From assembly GCA_963718575.1 (NCBI GenBank), contig OY970358.1, positions 642,172-706,171 of the forward strand: a stretch of DNA of 64,000 bases. The letters are read 5' to 3'. Below, one piece after another: positions 1 to 10,274 of this stretch. The translations under genes were made by a program, and so were the position numbers. The notes under the pieces were generated by a model. The model searched no databases. It saw only the letters and a list, made by a program, of their open reading frames with translations, and was not told the origin of the DNA. This DNA comes from an uncultured bacterium (GTDB lineage: Bacteria > Patescibacteriota > Minisyncoccia > UBA6257 > 2-01-FULL-56-20). The stretch's first letter is position 1. Each line of letters opens with the position of its first letter.

Positions 1-489
1 GCCGCGATCAACCCCGGCAATTCAGGCGGTCCATTGCTCGACCTTCGCGGCGATGTGATCGGTATCGATACTGCCGTCGCGGACGATGCGCAGAATATCG
101 GTTTTGCGATTCCGATCAACGAGGCAAAAGCGGTGATCGCTTCCGTCGAGGCGACCGGCCGGATCGAAGCGCCGTATCTCGGCGTGCGGTATGAAGATGT
201 GACGCCCGTGCTTGCCACGCAGAACAAGTTGCCGATCAGTTACGGCGCGTGGGTGAATAGCGATGGTCAGGGCCTGCCTGTGGTGCCCGGATCGCCTGCG
301 GCTGTGGCCGGCATTCAAGCGGGGGATATCATCGAATCGGTGAATGGGCTGAAGCTCGATAGCACCCACGATCTGGCGAATGTGATCAATGAATATAGCG
401 TAAGCAGCACGATAGCGCTCGTCGTTGACCGCGGAGGGAAGGAAATTACCCTGCAGGCGACGCTTGCCCAGCGCCCGGCAGGGGACTAG
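1..489 (+). CDS. HtrA/DegP-family serine protease, C-terminal part with PDZ domain (5' end outside window)
   Basis: Frame from base 1 reads AAINPGNSGGPL (catalytic Ser motif GNSGG), then IGFAIP and PDZ-type GSPAAVAGIQAGDII. Confidence 0.92.
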   Translation, partial: AAINPGNSGGPLLDLRGDVIGIDTAVADDAQNIGFAIPINEAKAVIASVEATGRIEAPYLGVRYEDVTPVLATQNKLPISYGAWVNSDGQGLPVVPGSPAAVAGIQAGDIIESVNGLKLDSTHDLANVINEYSVSSTIALVVDRGGKEITLQATLAQRPAGD

Positions 490-513
490 ATTCGCGATGG
501 GCGGCGGGTGTCA

Positions 514-561
514 TTAGCAGTCTCCCCTCGAGATTGACAATGACGCTTTCCGCGCTATAAT
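514..561 (+). promoter_or_regulatory. Sigma70 promoter of clpB overlapped by a CIRCE-like (HrcA) inverted repeat
   Basis: TTAGCAGTC-N9-GATTGACAA (514-540) versus consensus TTAGCACTC-N9-GAGTGCTAA; TTGACA 534-539, TATAAT 556-561. Confidence 0.6.
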
Positions 562-649
562 TGATATATATCGGTGCTTGGCGCGGTATAATGAGTTAAG
601 AACTTTTTAATACCGCGCGGGGTAGTATAAGGTAAAAAATAAAAATTAC

Positions 650-3338
650 ATGCCAAACTTTCATCGTTTCACTATAAAGGCGCAGGAGGCGTTGCAGAAC
701 GCGCAGGAGATCGCGGCAAAGAAGAATCACGGCGAGCTGAAATCGCTCCATTTGCTTGCGGCGCTACTTGGAAGATGAGCAGTCGCTCGTGATCCCGGTG
801 CTCGAACGCTCCGGCGTCAATCTTGAGGAGCTCGACGAGCAGATCGAGGTTGAACTCGATCGCATTCCGCCTATCGTGAGTAACAGCGCGCTTGGCCAGC
901 TCTATCTTTCGCAGGAGTTGATGAAAGTGCTCGACCAGGCGGCGAAGGTCGCTGCGCAACAGAAGGATGAGTTCGTTTCATGCGAACATCTTTTGCTTGC
1001 CCTGCTCGATGTGAACGGCACGGCAAAGTCGTTGCTCGAAAAGTTCGGCGTGCGCCGCGAAGGCGCGTTCCGCGTGCTGGCGCAGCTGCGCGGCTCGGTG
1101 CGCGTGACCGATGAGACTCCGGAGAGCAAGTTCCAGGTACTTGAAAAATATGCCATCAACTTGAGCGACAAGGCCAAGGCGGGGGAGCTTGATCCGGTCA
1201 TCGGCCGCGAGGAAGAGTTGCGCCGCCTGATGCAGGTGCTCTCGCGCCGCACGAAGAACAATCCGTGCCTTATCGGCGAGCCGGGCGTGGGAAAGACCGC
1301 AATCGTGGAGGGATTGGCTCAGCGCATCGCCTCGGGCGACGTGCCGGAGCTTCTTAAGGGCAAGCAAGTTTTAATGTTAGATCTCGGCTCGCTTATCGCC
1401 GGAACCAAGTTTCGTGGCGAGTTCGAGGATCGCCTGAAGGCGTTCATGAAGGAGGTGAAGAACGCGCAGGGCAATATCATCTTATTTATAGACGAGATCC
1501 ACACGATCGTCGGTGCCGGCGCGGCGGAAGGCGCGATTGATGCGTCGAATTTGCTGAAGCCCGCTCTCGCGCGCGGCGAACTCCACGCGATCGGCGCGAC
1601 GACGATCCGCGAATATCAGAAATATATAGAGAAGGATCCGGCGCTCGAGCGCCGCTTCCAGCCTATTATAGTGGAGGAGCCGTCCATCGAGGATTCGATC
1701 TCGATTTTGCGCGGGCTCAAGGAGAAGTACGAGATCCATCACGGCATGCGCATCAGCGATGAGGCGATCGTGGAAGCCGTGAATCTTTCCGCGCGCTACA
1801 TCACCGACCGGTTCTTGCCGGATAAGGCGGTGGATCTGATCGACGAGGCCGCCGCGGCGCGCCGGTTGGAGTCGGAGAGTTTGCCGAAGGAGATCGACCA
1901 GGCGCGCCGCGAGATCACGCGGCTTGAGATCGAAAAGCAGGCGCTTTCGCAGGAAGGGCAGAAGCTCGTCACCACCGAGCGTATCAAGGAGATCGACAAA
2001 CAGCTCGGGGCATTGAAAGAGCAGAATGATGAGCTTTCAAGCAAGTGGCACTCGGAAAAGATCAAATTTGAAACATTACACCAGCTTCGCCAAAAGGTGG
2101 ATAACTTAAAGCGCGAGGCGGAGATCGCCGAGCGGGACGGCAACCTCGAGCGCGTGGCACAGATCATGTACGGTGAACAGCCTGCGGCCGAAAAGGATTT
2201 CGCGATGTTTGAAAAGAAGAACTTTGGCGGTTCGACAGGAACGGCGGTGAAAGGCAAGAAGACGAAGGGTGCGGCCGGAACAAACAATCCCGCCGCCGCC
2301 AACAGCCGTTTCCTTAAGGAATCCGTGGACAAAGAGGATGTTGCCGCGGTCGTTGCTGTGTGGACCGGCATTCCGCTGAAGCGCATGCTCGAGACCGACA
2401 GTGATAAACTTATCCGCATCGAGGACGTGTTACGCGAGCGCGTGATCGGCCAGGACGAGGCGATCGCTTCTGTTTCATCGGCATTGCGCCGTTCCCGCGC
2501 CGGGCTTTCGGACGAAAATCGTCCGATCGGCTCGTTCATGTTCCTCGGTCCGACCGGCGTCGGCAAGACCGAGCTCGCGCGGACACTCGCGGAGTTCATG
2601 TTCAACGACGAGAAGGCGCTCGTGCGCGTGGATATGTCCGAATATATGGAGCGGCATGCGGTCAGCCGCCTGATCGGTTCGCCCCCGGGCTATGTGGGCC
2701 ACGAGGAAGGCGGCCAGCTCACCGAGATCGTCCGCCATCGCCCGTACAGCCTCATCCTTTTCGACGAGATCGAAAAAGCGCATCCGGAGGTCTTCAATCT
2801 GCTTTTGCAGGTATTGGATAACGGCCGCCTTACCGACAGCAAGGGCAAAACCGTCAACTTCAAGAATTCGATCATCATCATGACGTCGAACGTCGGGAGC
2901 GAGCACTTAAAAGCGATGTCGCGCATCGGATTCAGCTCCGAGGACAATCAGGCGACGGTGGAGGAAGGGGATTATCGCGAAAAAACGATGGAAGCCCTGC
3001 GCGGCAGTTTCCGCCCGGAGTTTTTGAACCGCATCGATGATGTGGTCATCTTCAATCCGCTCCGCAAGCACGACATCGAGAAGATCGTGGACATTCAGAT
3101 CAAGCTGATCGAGAAGCGCCTCGCCGATCGTCGCATCAAGCTCGAGATCGAGTCTGCGGCGCGCGCCCACCTTGCCAAAGAAGGGTTCAGCGCCGAATAT
3201 GGCGCGCGCCCCTTGAAGCGATTGATGCAGAAGGTTATCCTTGATAAGTTGGCGGATAAGATTATTCGCGGCGAATTCAAAGATGGCGGAAAGGTTAAAG
3301 TCAATTTTAAAGCAAACGAGCTGGTCTTTAGTTCTTAA
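650..3338 (+). CDS. clpB: ATP-dependent chaperone ClpB (one apparent +1 frameshift near 765-771)
   Basis: ATG 650 reads [15 protein letters not shown] (Clp N-domain) and stops at TGA ~776; main ORF has GEPGVGKT and GPTGVGKT Walker A motifs, a long middle coiled-coil and GYVG pore loop. Confidence 0.95.
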
Positions 3339-4023
3339 GGCCGTCATTTTTGGCATTGCGTGGTGGGCATTGCCTTCCTGGCTATTCCTCGTTTTCCTTG
3401 TCATCGCGTTTTATCTTTACTTCATCCCGATCACGGGCGCCGGAAAGGTTTCGGCGCCCTTTTTCGTCCTTTTGTTGATATCGCTTTTTCAAGGGAAAAG
3501 CATCCTCGCGGCGGTTCTCTTTGCGGCCATCTTCTACTTCATTCTCCTCATCAAAGACCTCCTCATCATCGACCGGCGCTCGGCGTACGAGATCCTCATG
3601 CTCGTGCTTTCATACTTGCTCGTGCGAAGTTTTTTCTTGAACGTCGGCGGCTCGTTCGGCCTGGAGGCGGTGGCCTACAGCATCCTCGCCGCCTGGGGGA
3701 TGAGCGCGCTCGTCATGGGATTCGTTAAAAATTTTTCCGATGCGTCGACGGATCATGCGGGCGAAGAGGCCATGCACGAGCTCCATCCGTTCCATCGCAT
3801 GCTCGGCTGGATGGTATTCCTTCTTGCGTGGCAGCTGCTCCTCGTCGGGCTTTTTCTTCCGCTCGATTTTCTTTACCAATCGGCGATCGTCTTCCTTGTA
3901 TCCGTCATTTTGATCGATCTCGTGCCGCAATATGTTTTTGGTCAGCTTTCCCGCACAAAAGTATTGGCTACGGGAAGCGTGCTTTTTGCACTACTCGTCA
4001 TCGTGCTCGCCTCCGCCCGCTGA
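3283..4023 (+). CDS. Multi-pass membrane protein, function unknown
   Basis: Several hydrophobic segments; ATG 3283 overlaps the clpB end. Confidence 0.75.
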   Translation: MAERLKSILKQTSWSLVLKAVIFGIAWWALPSWLFLVFLVIAFYLYFIPITGAGKVSAPFFVLLLISLFQGKSILAAVLFAAIFYFILLIKDLLIIDRRSAYEILMLVLSYLLVRSFFLNVGGSFGLEAVAYSILAAWGMSALVMGFVKNFSDASTDHAGEEAMHELHPFHRMLGWMVFLLAWQLLLVGLFLPLDFLYQSAIVFLVSVILIDLVPQYVFGQLSRTKVLATGSVLFALLVIVLASAR

Positions 4024-4036
4024 GAGGATCCTTCTT

Positions 4037-4453
4037 ATGCAAAAAGATTTAGATAGCGTAAAAAACGACCTTAAGGATGTTAAATCGAAAGTGGACGACA
4101 TATCTCCAAAAATGGAAATTCTATGGAATGATGAGATTGCTCCGGCTCATTCTCGGCGAATATTAAATGAATATGGAGAAAAAGTTTTGAGAGGGAGCGG
4201 AATAAAAGATATTATCGATAAGAAGAGGGCAGAGCTTTTTAAGCTTGTAGCGGAGAAGGGGTCAAAAAATATTTATGACGTGGAAGAGGATATTCTTACC
4301 GTGGCCAAGCAATTACCGGAGCGTTATCCCGAAATCGTGGATATGTTAAAAACTGGGGCATTTAACACGGGAGCCGATCTGAACGTCGTTCTCTATGCGG
4401 GTGGTATTTATCTTTGGGATCTGATTTTGCCGGATCTTGGATTTCCCGCATAA
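4037..4453 (+). CDS. Hypothetical protein (AT-rich, N-terminal coiled-coil)
   Basis: ATG 4037 MQKDLDSVKNDLKDVK; open for 138 aa. Confidence 0.6.
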   Translation: MQKDLDSVKNDLKDVKSKVDDISPKMEILWNDEIAPAHSRRILNEYGEKVLRGSGIKDIIDKKRAELFKLVAEKGSKNIYDVEEDILTVAKQLPERYPEIVDMLKTGAFNTGADLNVVLYAGGIYLWDLILPDLGFPA

Positions 4454-4456
4454 ACC

Positions 4457-4485
4457 TTGCAATTGCCGGATTGCCGGATTATAAT
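4457..4485 (+). promoter_or_regulatory. Promoter whose 17-bp spacer is two tandem TTGCCGGA repeats (putative operator)
   Basis: TTGCAA(4457-62) TTGCCGGA TTGCCGGA T TATAAT(4480-85), 8 nt before ATG 4494. Confidence 0.7.
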
Positions 4486-4493
4486 CCCCGCAT

Positions 4494-5219
4494 ATGAGCG
4501 AGACCGGCAAAGAGCGTTTTATCCTGACGAAGGCTTATGAAGTGGCCTACGCGCTATTCCGTTTAGCGGCGCAGATGCAGGAAAAAGACTTTGCCGAACC
4601 GCTCCGGGCATCCGGCATCGCACTTCTTTCCGCCGCCGCAGCGGAGGATTATTCCGCCGCCGAGCGCTCGCTCCGGGTGATGGAATGCCTGATCAAATTC
4701 GGGGGAGACGTTGGAATGATCGGCACCGCAAACGTAGATGTGATGACCCGAGAGATTTATGCTCTCGATATGGCGATCGCGGAACGGAGGACTGCTGTAA
4801 AGACCGATGAAGTGAACGTTGCCGAAATATTCTCTAGGCCGGAAATTGCAGAGCACCCTGCTGATCCGGAAAAAGAACCTTCACCGACGCGCATTCACAC
4901 AGAACCCGTTCGTTCGGCTGAACCGGCAATCCGGCAACCGGCAAATGATTCGGCAATCCGGCAAAGCGCGATATTGGAACGTATCCGGCAATCCGGCAAT
5001 TGCCGATTAAAGGACATTCAGGAGCTTTTGCCGGGGACGAGTGAACGAACGATTCGCTATGATCTGCAAACATTGCTTGAGCAAGGGCATATTGAACGAA
5101 TCGGCAATGCCGGACCGTCGGTGTTCTACCGCGCAGCGCAGAGGGGAAATCTCTCCAGGCCGGAGGTGAGCGTGAGCATCCCGGCAGACGCCGAAAACTA
5201 CGTCCCGAACATCGGGTAA
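4494..5219 (+). CDS. Protein with helical N-domain and C-terminal DeoR-like winged HTH
   Basis: RQSAILERIRQSG...SERTIRYDLQTLLEQGHIERIG is a DeoR/HTH_11-type pattern. Confidence 0.8.
   Translation: MSETGKERFILTKAYEVAYALFRLAAQMQEKDFAEPLRASGIALLSAAAAEDYSAAERSLRVMECLIKFGGDVGMIGTANVDVMTREIYALDMAIAERRTAVKTDEVNVAEIFSRPEIAEHPADPEKEPSPTRIHTEPVRSAEPAIRQPANDSAIRQSAILERIRQSGNCRLKDIQELLPGTSERTIRYDLQTLLEQGHIERIGNAGPSVFYRAAQRGNLSRPEVSVSIPADAENYVPNIG
4923..5005. repeat. Intragenic array of (TC)CGGCAA repeats
   Basis: CGGCAA at 4924, 4932, 4939, 4951, 4959, 4986, 4994 and TTGCCG at 5000. Confidence 0.9.
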
Positions 5220-5288
5220 CCTTTCGCCTGGCGACACGTTCTATACATGTGCCGTTAGACGAAAGGTTTTGGAGCGGTGCAAAGCACT

Positions 5289-5297
5289 TTATCCACA
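5289..5297 (+). promoter_or_regulatory. Perfect DnaA box
   Basis: TTATCCACA. Confidence 0.55.
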
Positions 5298-5665
5298 CCT
5301 TTTTCCCAGCGGGAAACGTAGTATGTGCGGTACAATAGTAGAGGTTCGGTGTGAGGCTGAACCAAAGAATGTATTGAGCGGTCGTTAATTTTTTAGCGGC
5401 AGCTAACTATATTTTTATCAGCCTCGCGAAAGCGAGTTTTTTCTTTTTTTAACAATCAACCCCGTTTTCGTCGCTCTCTTCTGTTTGATCGGTCGTCGCT
5501 TTCCCTCACGAGGCGATCGAAAGAGCGAACAGAGTGAAGTGCCGGAAACGGTTCCTGAAACAAAAAATAAAAACGTGATTTGGTGCACGGAAAGGTCGAC
5601 GGCTAGGGGATCCATAATGGATCAACAGGTCGATACCAATAATTAATCGATAAATTAAATTAAAA

Positions 5666-8600
5666 ATGAATTCTAAAAAATTGGTTTCCGCGGTACTCAC
5701 CGCCACCACAGTGTTGTGGATGGTAGGAGCCGCAGCGTTGCCTCTGGCAAACGCGCAGACCACATCGAGCCTCCAGGCTCAGATCGCGGCTTTGCTCGCC
5801 CAGATCCAAACACTCCAGGGCCAATTAAATTCTTCCGGCAGCACGACGACAACGACCGGTTCGATGACCTATGACTTTACCAGCGACCTCACCGTTGGTT
5901 CCACAGGCTCGCAGGTCACGGCGCTCCAGGAGTTTTTGATTGCCAAGGGGTATCTCGTTCTCGCCACTCCGACCCAGTACTTCGGTGCGCTTACCCAAGC
6001 TGCACTCGCAAAGTTCCAGGCCGCGAATGGCATCACTCCTTCCGTTGGCTACTTTGGTCCTAAGACGCGAGCCTTCGTTAATTCGATGAGCTCGTCCACG
6101 ACCACGACGACCACGACCACCACCGGTTCCCTTCCGGCTGGCTGCACTTCATCGACTGGCTTCAGCCCGACGACCGGTGCTTCCTGCTCGACAGGCGTGA
6201 CCTCGGTTGTCGCTCCTTCGACTGGTTTGGCGATAAGCTTGGCTTCCACCAACCCGGCAGCCGGCTCGCTCATCACGACCGCACCTAATACTTCCGGTTC
6301 GGGCGCGGCACGCGTTCCGGTTTTGGCAATAAACCTCACGGCTGGCAATGCTGGCGCAGCGACGGTTTCTGCAATCAACTTCCACAAGACCGGCGTCTTG
6401 TCGGACAGTGCGGTTGGCGGCGCATACTTGATCCAGAACGGTCAGGTTGTGGCGCAGTACAACTCGCTTAGCAATGGCGTGATCAGTTTCTCTGGCATGA
6501 GCTTGTCGATTCCGGCAGGCCAGACGGAGACCTATGAACTCGCTATTGACGTCGAGGGCGGTCTCTCGGCAGGAAACACGACAGGCTTCTCTTTAAATGC
6601 CGCGTCTGATGTTACCGCATTCGATGCCAACAACAACGCGATCACCCCGAGCGGCTCGTTCCCGTTGAGTGGTAACGTCTTCACGGTAACGTCTGTCAGC
6701 AACCCTGGCCTCGCGAGCGTAACGGTCACTACGTCTTCAGTACAGACGTCGGTGAACGCCGGCACGCAGGGCAATGTGGTTGGTGCATGGAACTTCAATG
6801 TCCAGAACAACACGGTATGGTTGAACAGCATTGCATTCCACGTCATCGGCTCTGCCAATATGGCCAATCTTCAGAACGTGAAGCTCTTGATCAACGGCAC
6901 GCAGGCGGGTGCAACCTTGGCTTCGGTTGGTTCAAACGACATAGCGTACTTCAATTTGGCCTCCGCTCCGGTGTCTCTCAATACGGGTAATAACACTATC
7001 CAGATCGAGAACGACGTTGCAGGTTCGCCGAACATGAACTTCCAGTGGGAGGTTTTGAATGGCTATGACGTTTATGCAGTCGACAGCCAGTACAATGTTC
7101 CGGTTTCTGTTGCGATCACATCCGGCGCTGATGCGCAGGTGTCGATCCAGCCGGGCCAGATCACGGTTCAACAGGATTCGAACACCCCGACGGGGAACAT
7201 TGCGAAAGGTGTTTCGCAGGTCACTCTCGGCAAGTTCGACTTCTATGCATCCGGCGAACCGACGAAGGTCAAATTCCTTGGCTTCTCGTTGGCCTTCACC
7301 GGCTTGAATACGGCGTCCGACACATCGCTCAGCTCCATCGTAAAGAACATTTCTTTGACGGATGATGCCGGTCAGCAGGTTGGTTCAACGATCAACACGC
7401 CTCCGACTGGTAACACGTGCGACAACTCGGTTGGCGCGGGCGGCGTAAATACCAACGGCACATTCGTCACCACTGGCCAAAACCAGTCGGTCACTTACGT
7501 TGACTGCTTTGGTACCTCCGCTTCGCCGATCAATTATGTGATCCCGGCGAACACGACCCGTGTCCTTTCGCTCAAGGCTGACATCCAGTCGACGGCGAAC
7601 TTCGGCACGATCACGGCTGGCTTACAGCAGGAGACCAACAACTTGCAGGGCCAGATCTCAAGCAGCCAGAACAGCTCAGGACAGGTGAGTGGGAGCGCAT
7701 TGTCGCTTTCCAACTCTTCTTTGACGGCGACCCAGAACACTGGTTTTGGTACGCAGTCAGTGTCCAAGAATACGAGCGATCAACAGATCGGTTCGTACTC
7801 TTTGACCGCTTCCTCGGCTGAAGGCGTGAATGTCAGCAACTTGAGCATCCTTACGAATTCCACCTGGGGCGCCCCTCAAGGCTACTTCTCTAACTTGGAA
7901 GTGGTTGTGAATGGCACGGAGTTCGGCACCATCGTGCCGAGCGTTGCTCCGGGAACGACGTATACCTTCTCAGGTTCTTCGTTCAGCGTTCCGGCAGGCC
8001 AGACGGTCACCGTGAACGTGTTTGCGAATATCAGCTCTCAGGCATCGGGTAACACGACTGGCGGAGCTACCTCGCTCACCGGCCTCAGCGGCACCGGCCA
8101 AATCTCCAATGCGGCAATCTCTTTGCCTGCAACGGTTCAGGGCCAGAACGTGACGGTCTCGAGCGGCTCTAACATCGCCATCTCGGCGAACTCGGGTAGC
8201 AACCCGGCAGCCGGTCAGGTCGCTATGGGCACTCCGGGACAGGTTCTCGCTGCCTATAACTTCCAGGAGACGCAGAATGTTGAGAACGTCAAGGTCTCAA
8301 CGCTCGACCTCGTGGATGTCTTGGCTACCTCTACGGTGGTAACCAGCACCGCGAATGTCTTGCCGTCCTTCAACGCAATAACGTTGAACTGGGCCAACGG
8401 ATCCACGCAGGAAAGCAGCCCGGCAAACTACGTAGGAACCACTACGGTCGCTGGCCAGACTGCATTCCTCTATCAGTTCTCGTTCGGCAATTCGAGCAAC
8501 TTCATCATCCCTCGCAATGGTACTTTGCAGACCATCTTGAAGGGTAATGTGAACACGTACTCGAATGGAAACGTGACTGATGGTAGCGTGCACACCTTTG

Positions 8601-9250
8601 AGATCGCTACCTCGACGTATGCCCCCACGGCAACGTCAACGGCAGTGGCTTTGGGTGCTACATCCAACATCCCCGCTACGGTTACGATCAATTCCGCAAA
8701 TGGCAATGCACAGACGATCTTGCAGAACAGCTTAGGCTTCTCGTATGCCCAAGTTGGTGTCTCTCAGGGTCGCAGCAAGAGCTCTGCTGACGAGTTGGCC
8801 ACTTTGACCTTCACGCCGAGCAATAGCGGAGTTGGTGTGATCACTACGACGACAGTTACCTTTAGTGGTAATGCGGCTACTACAACCACCGCGGGAGATG
8901 CCGAGTTGGCACTCGTTTCTGGCAGTGGCTTTGTCGCACCGTACATCACTCCGGTGGCGACGTCGAGCTGCAATGGCAGCAATTCCTGCACAGCAACCTT
9001 CTCCTTCACGCCTTCGCAGGGCTTGGTAAATGGCACTCCGGTGACCTATGCCTTGATCCTCAACGATGCGGCTGGGACAACGGTGGCTGGCGGTCAGAAC
9101 TACGTGAGCTTGTATGCAACTATCGCCAATGCAAATGCCATCCTTTACACGGACGGCAACTCTGGTACGACGGTCAGCGGTGTAGGCTTGCCTTCATCGT
9201 TCCTGTTCCCGATCCAGGTCTTCGGCGCTCAGTTCTCGCAGGGTTCCTAG
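5666..9250 (+). CDS. Large secreted Ser/Thr/Gly/Asn-rich S-layer-like protein with N-terminal peptidoglycan-binding domain
   Basis: Signal peptide ending PLANA; LTVGSTGSQVTALQEFL...GYFGPKTRA PG-binding motif; beta-rich body; strong terminator. Confidence 0.8.
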   Translation: MNSKKLVSAVLTATTVLWMVGAAALPLANAQTTSSLQAQIAALLAQIQTLQGQLNSSGSTTTTTGSMTYDFTSDLTVGSTGSQVTALQEFLIAKGYLVLATPTQYFGALTQAALAKFQAANGITPSVGYFGPKTRAFVNSMSSSTTTTTTTTTGSLPAGCTSSTGFSPTTGASCSTGVTSVVAPSTGLAISLASTNPAAGSLITTAPNTSGSGAARVPVLAINLTAGNAGAATVSAINFHKTGVLSDSAVGGAYLIQNGQVVAQYNSLSNGVISFSGMSLSIPAGQTETYELAIDVEGGLSAGNTTGFSLNAASDVTAFDANNNAITPSGSFPLSGNVFTVTSVSNPGLASVTVTTSSVQTSVNAGTQGNVVGAWNFNVQNNTVWLNSIAFHVIGSANMANLQNVKLLINGTQAGATLASVGSNDIAYFNLASAPVSLNTGNNTIQIENDVAGSPNMNFQWEVLNGYDVYAVDSQYNVPVSVAITSGADAQVSIQPGQITVQQDSNTPTGNIAKGVSQVTLGKFDFYASGEPTKVKFLGFSLAFTGLNTASDTSLSSIVKNISLTDDAGQQVGSTINTPPTGNTCDNSVGAGGVNTNGTFVTTGQNQSVTYVDCFGTSASPINYVIPANTTRVLSLKADIQSTANFGTITAGLQQETNNLQGQISSSQNSSGQVSGSALSLSNSSLTATQNTGFGTQSVSKNTSDQQIGSYSLTASSAEGVNVSNLSILTNSTWGAPQGYFSNLEVVVNGTEFGTIVPSVAPGTTYTFSGSSFSVPAGQTVTVNVFANISSQASGNTTGGATSLTGLSGTGQISNAAISLPATVQGQNVTVSSGSNIAISANSGSNPAAGQVAMGTPGQVLAAYNFQETQNVENVKVSTLDLVDVLATSTVVTSTANVLPSFNAITLNWANGSTQESSPANYVGTTTVAGQTAFLYQFSFGNSSNFIIPRNGTLQTILKGNVNTYSNGNVTDGSVHTFEIATSTYAPTATSTAVALGATSNIPATVTINSANGNAQTILQNSLGFSYAQVGVSQGRSKSSADELATLTFTPSNSGVGVITTTTVTFSGNAATTTTAGDAELALVSGSGFVAPYITPVATSSCNGSNSCTATFSFTPSQGLVNGTPVTYALILNDAAGTTVAGGQNYVSLYATIANANAILYTDGNSGTTVSGVGLPSSFLFPIQVFGAQFSQGS

Positions 9251-9292
9251 TTCTAGCAAAACTTCGCGCGATGCTTGTGACCTCGCGTGATG

Positions 9293-9324
9293 GAAAACTC
9301 CCCGGCTTCGGCCGGGGAGTTTTC
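9293..9324 (+). terminator. Rho-independent terminator
   Basis: GAAAACTCCCCGGC-TTCG-GCCGGGGAGTTTTC. Confidence 0.9.
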
Positions 9325-9464
9325 GTTTGGGTAGGGCAGCACCGCGGCCACCCTGGGTGCTTGGCGCGTAGCTAACCCCCCCTGTGCAGAAAACCCTTGA
9401 TTTTGCTATACTAAAAGGGAGCTAAAAGCGCGAAAGGTCGGAAAAGAAAATAATTATTACATCA

Positions 9465-9740
9465 ATGAATAAAAAAGGATTAGTGGAAGCGGTCATGAAG
9501 GCGACGGGTATCGAGACGAAGGCGGCCGCAGAGCGTGCAGTGGAAGCCGTTTTTGACACCATCGTAAAGACCATGGGCCGCGGCGAGGAAGTCGCGATCA
9601 CGGGCTTTGGAACGTTCCGCGTTGCCAAGCGCGCCGCGCGCGAAGGCCGCAACCCGAAGACCGGCGAAAAGATCCAGATCAAGGCTTCGATCAAACCGAA
9701 GTTCCGCGCCGGCAAGCTTCTCAAAGAGGCTGTGCTGTAA
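9465..9740 (+). CDS. hup: DNA-binding protein HU
   Basis: MNKKGLVEAV...GFGTF...AREGRNPKTGEKIQI...PKFRAGK. Confidence 0.97.
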   Translation: MNKKGLVEAVMKATGIETKAAAERAVEAVFDTIVKTMGRGEEVAITGFGTFRVAKRAAREGRNPKTGEKIQIKASIKPKFRAGKLLKEAVL

Positions 9741-9771
9741 TCGCTGAAAAAGGATCCTTCTTTAGTATCTT

Positions 9772-9812
9772 AAGATGAAAAGCACCGCGTGAGGCGGTGT
9801 TTTTCATCTTTT
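9772..9812 (+). terminator. Terminator hairpin
   Basis: AAGATGAAAAGCACCGC-GTGAG-GCGGTGTTTTTCATCTT. Confidence 0.75.
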
Positions 9813-9827
9813 TAATGAGCGATTCTT

Positions 9828-10253
9828 ATGATGGTTGGTATGTTTCTGTCACGCAAAATGAGTAAAGAGGAGATTGCTCTTTATAAATTTATACGAACGC
9901 GCGTATTCTTCATCAGGGGAACAAAGGTAATATTAAGCACGCATCTTGTCGGTCTCTATGGCATTGAACCTCGCGTTTTGATTCAGGCTTTCAAACGGAA
10001 CAAAGCTCATTTCCCCGACTGGTGTGTCTTTCAGCTTAATGCCGCTGAATTCAGCGCTTTGAAATCACATTTTGTGATTTCAGAATACAATCACATTCGG
10101 CGTTCTTTGCCATATGCCCTTACTGAGCAGGGAGTAGTGATCCTCTCCGGCATTCTACGAAGTGAGCGCGCTATCGCTATGAACATCGCCATTATGCGCG
10201 CATTTGTCCGACTACCTAGTCGTCCTTATCTGAAAGCGCGCCTTAGTGGGTAG
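9828..10253 (+). CDS. ORF6N-domain DNA-binding protein (short, possibly degenerate)
   Basis: IRGTKVIL..L..LYG, KRN...FP, LPYALTEQGV.ILSGILRS.RAI..NIAIMRAFV match the ORF6N pattern. Confidence 0.75.
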   Translation: MMVGMFLSRKMSKEEIALYKFIRTRVFFIRGTKVILSTHLVGLYGIEPRVLIQAFKRNKAHFPDWCVFQLNAAEFSALKSHFVISEYNHIRRSLPYALTEQGVVILSGILRSERAIAMNIAIMRAFVRLPSRPYLKARLSG

Positions 10254-10274
10254 GAGTTGTGGTAAAATAACGAT

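Noticed and set aside
650-780. Programmed frameshift or pseudogene in clpB
   Set aside because: A single extra base with no slippery site, in an otherwise intact gene; a consensus error is more likely
4923-5005. CRISPR array
   Set aside because: Units are 7-8 bp with no spacers; no repeat-spacer array or cas gene anywhere in the window
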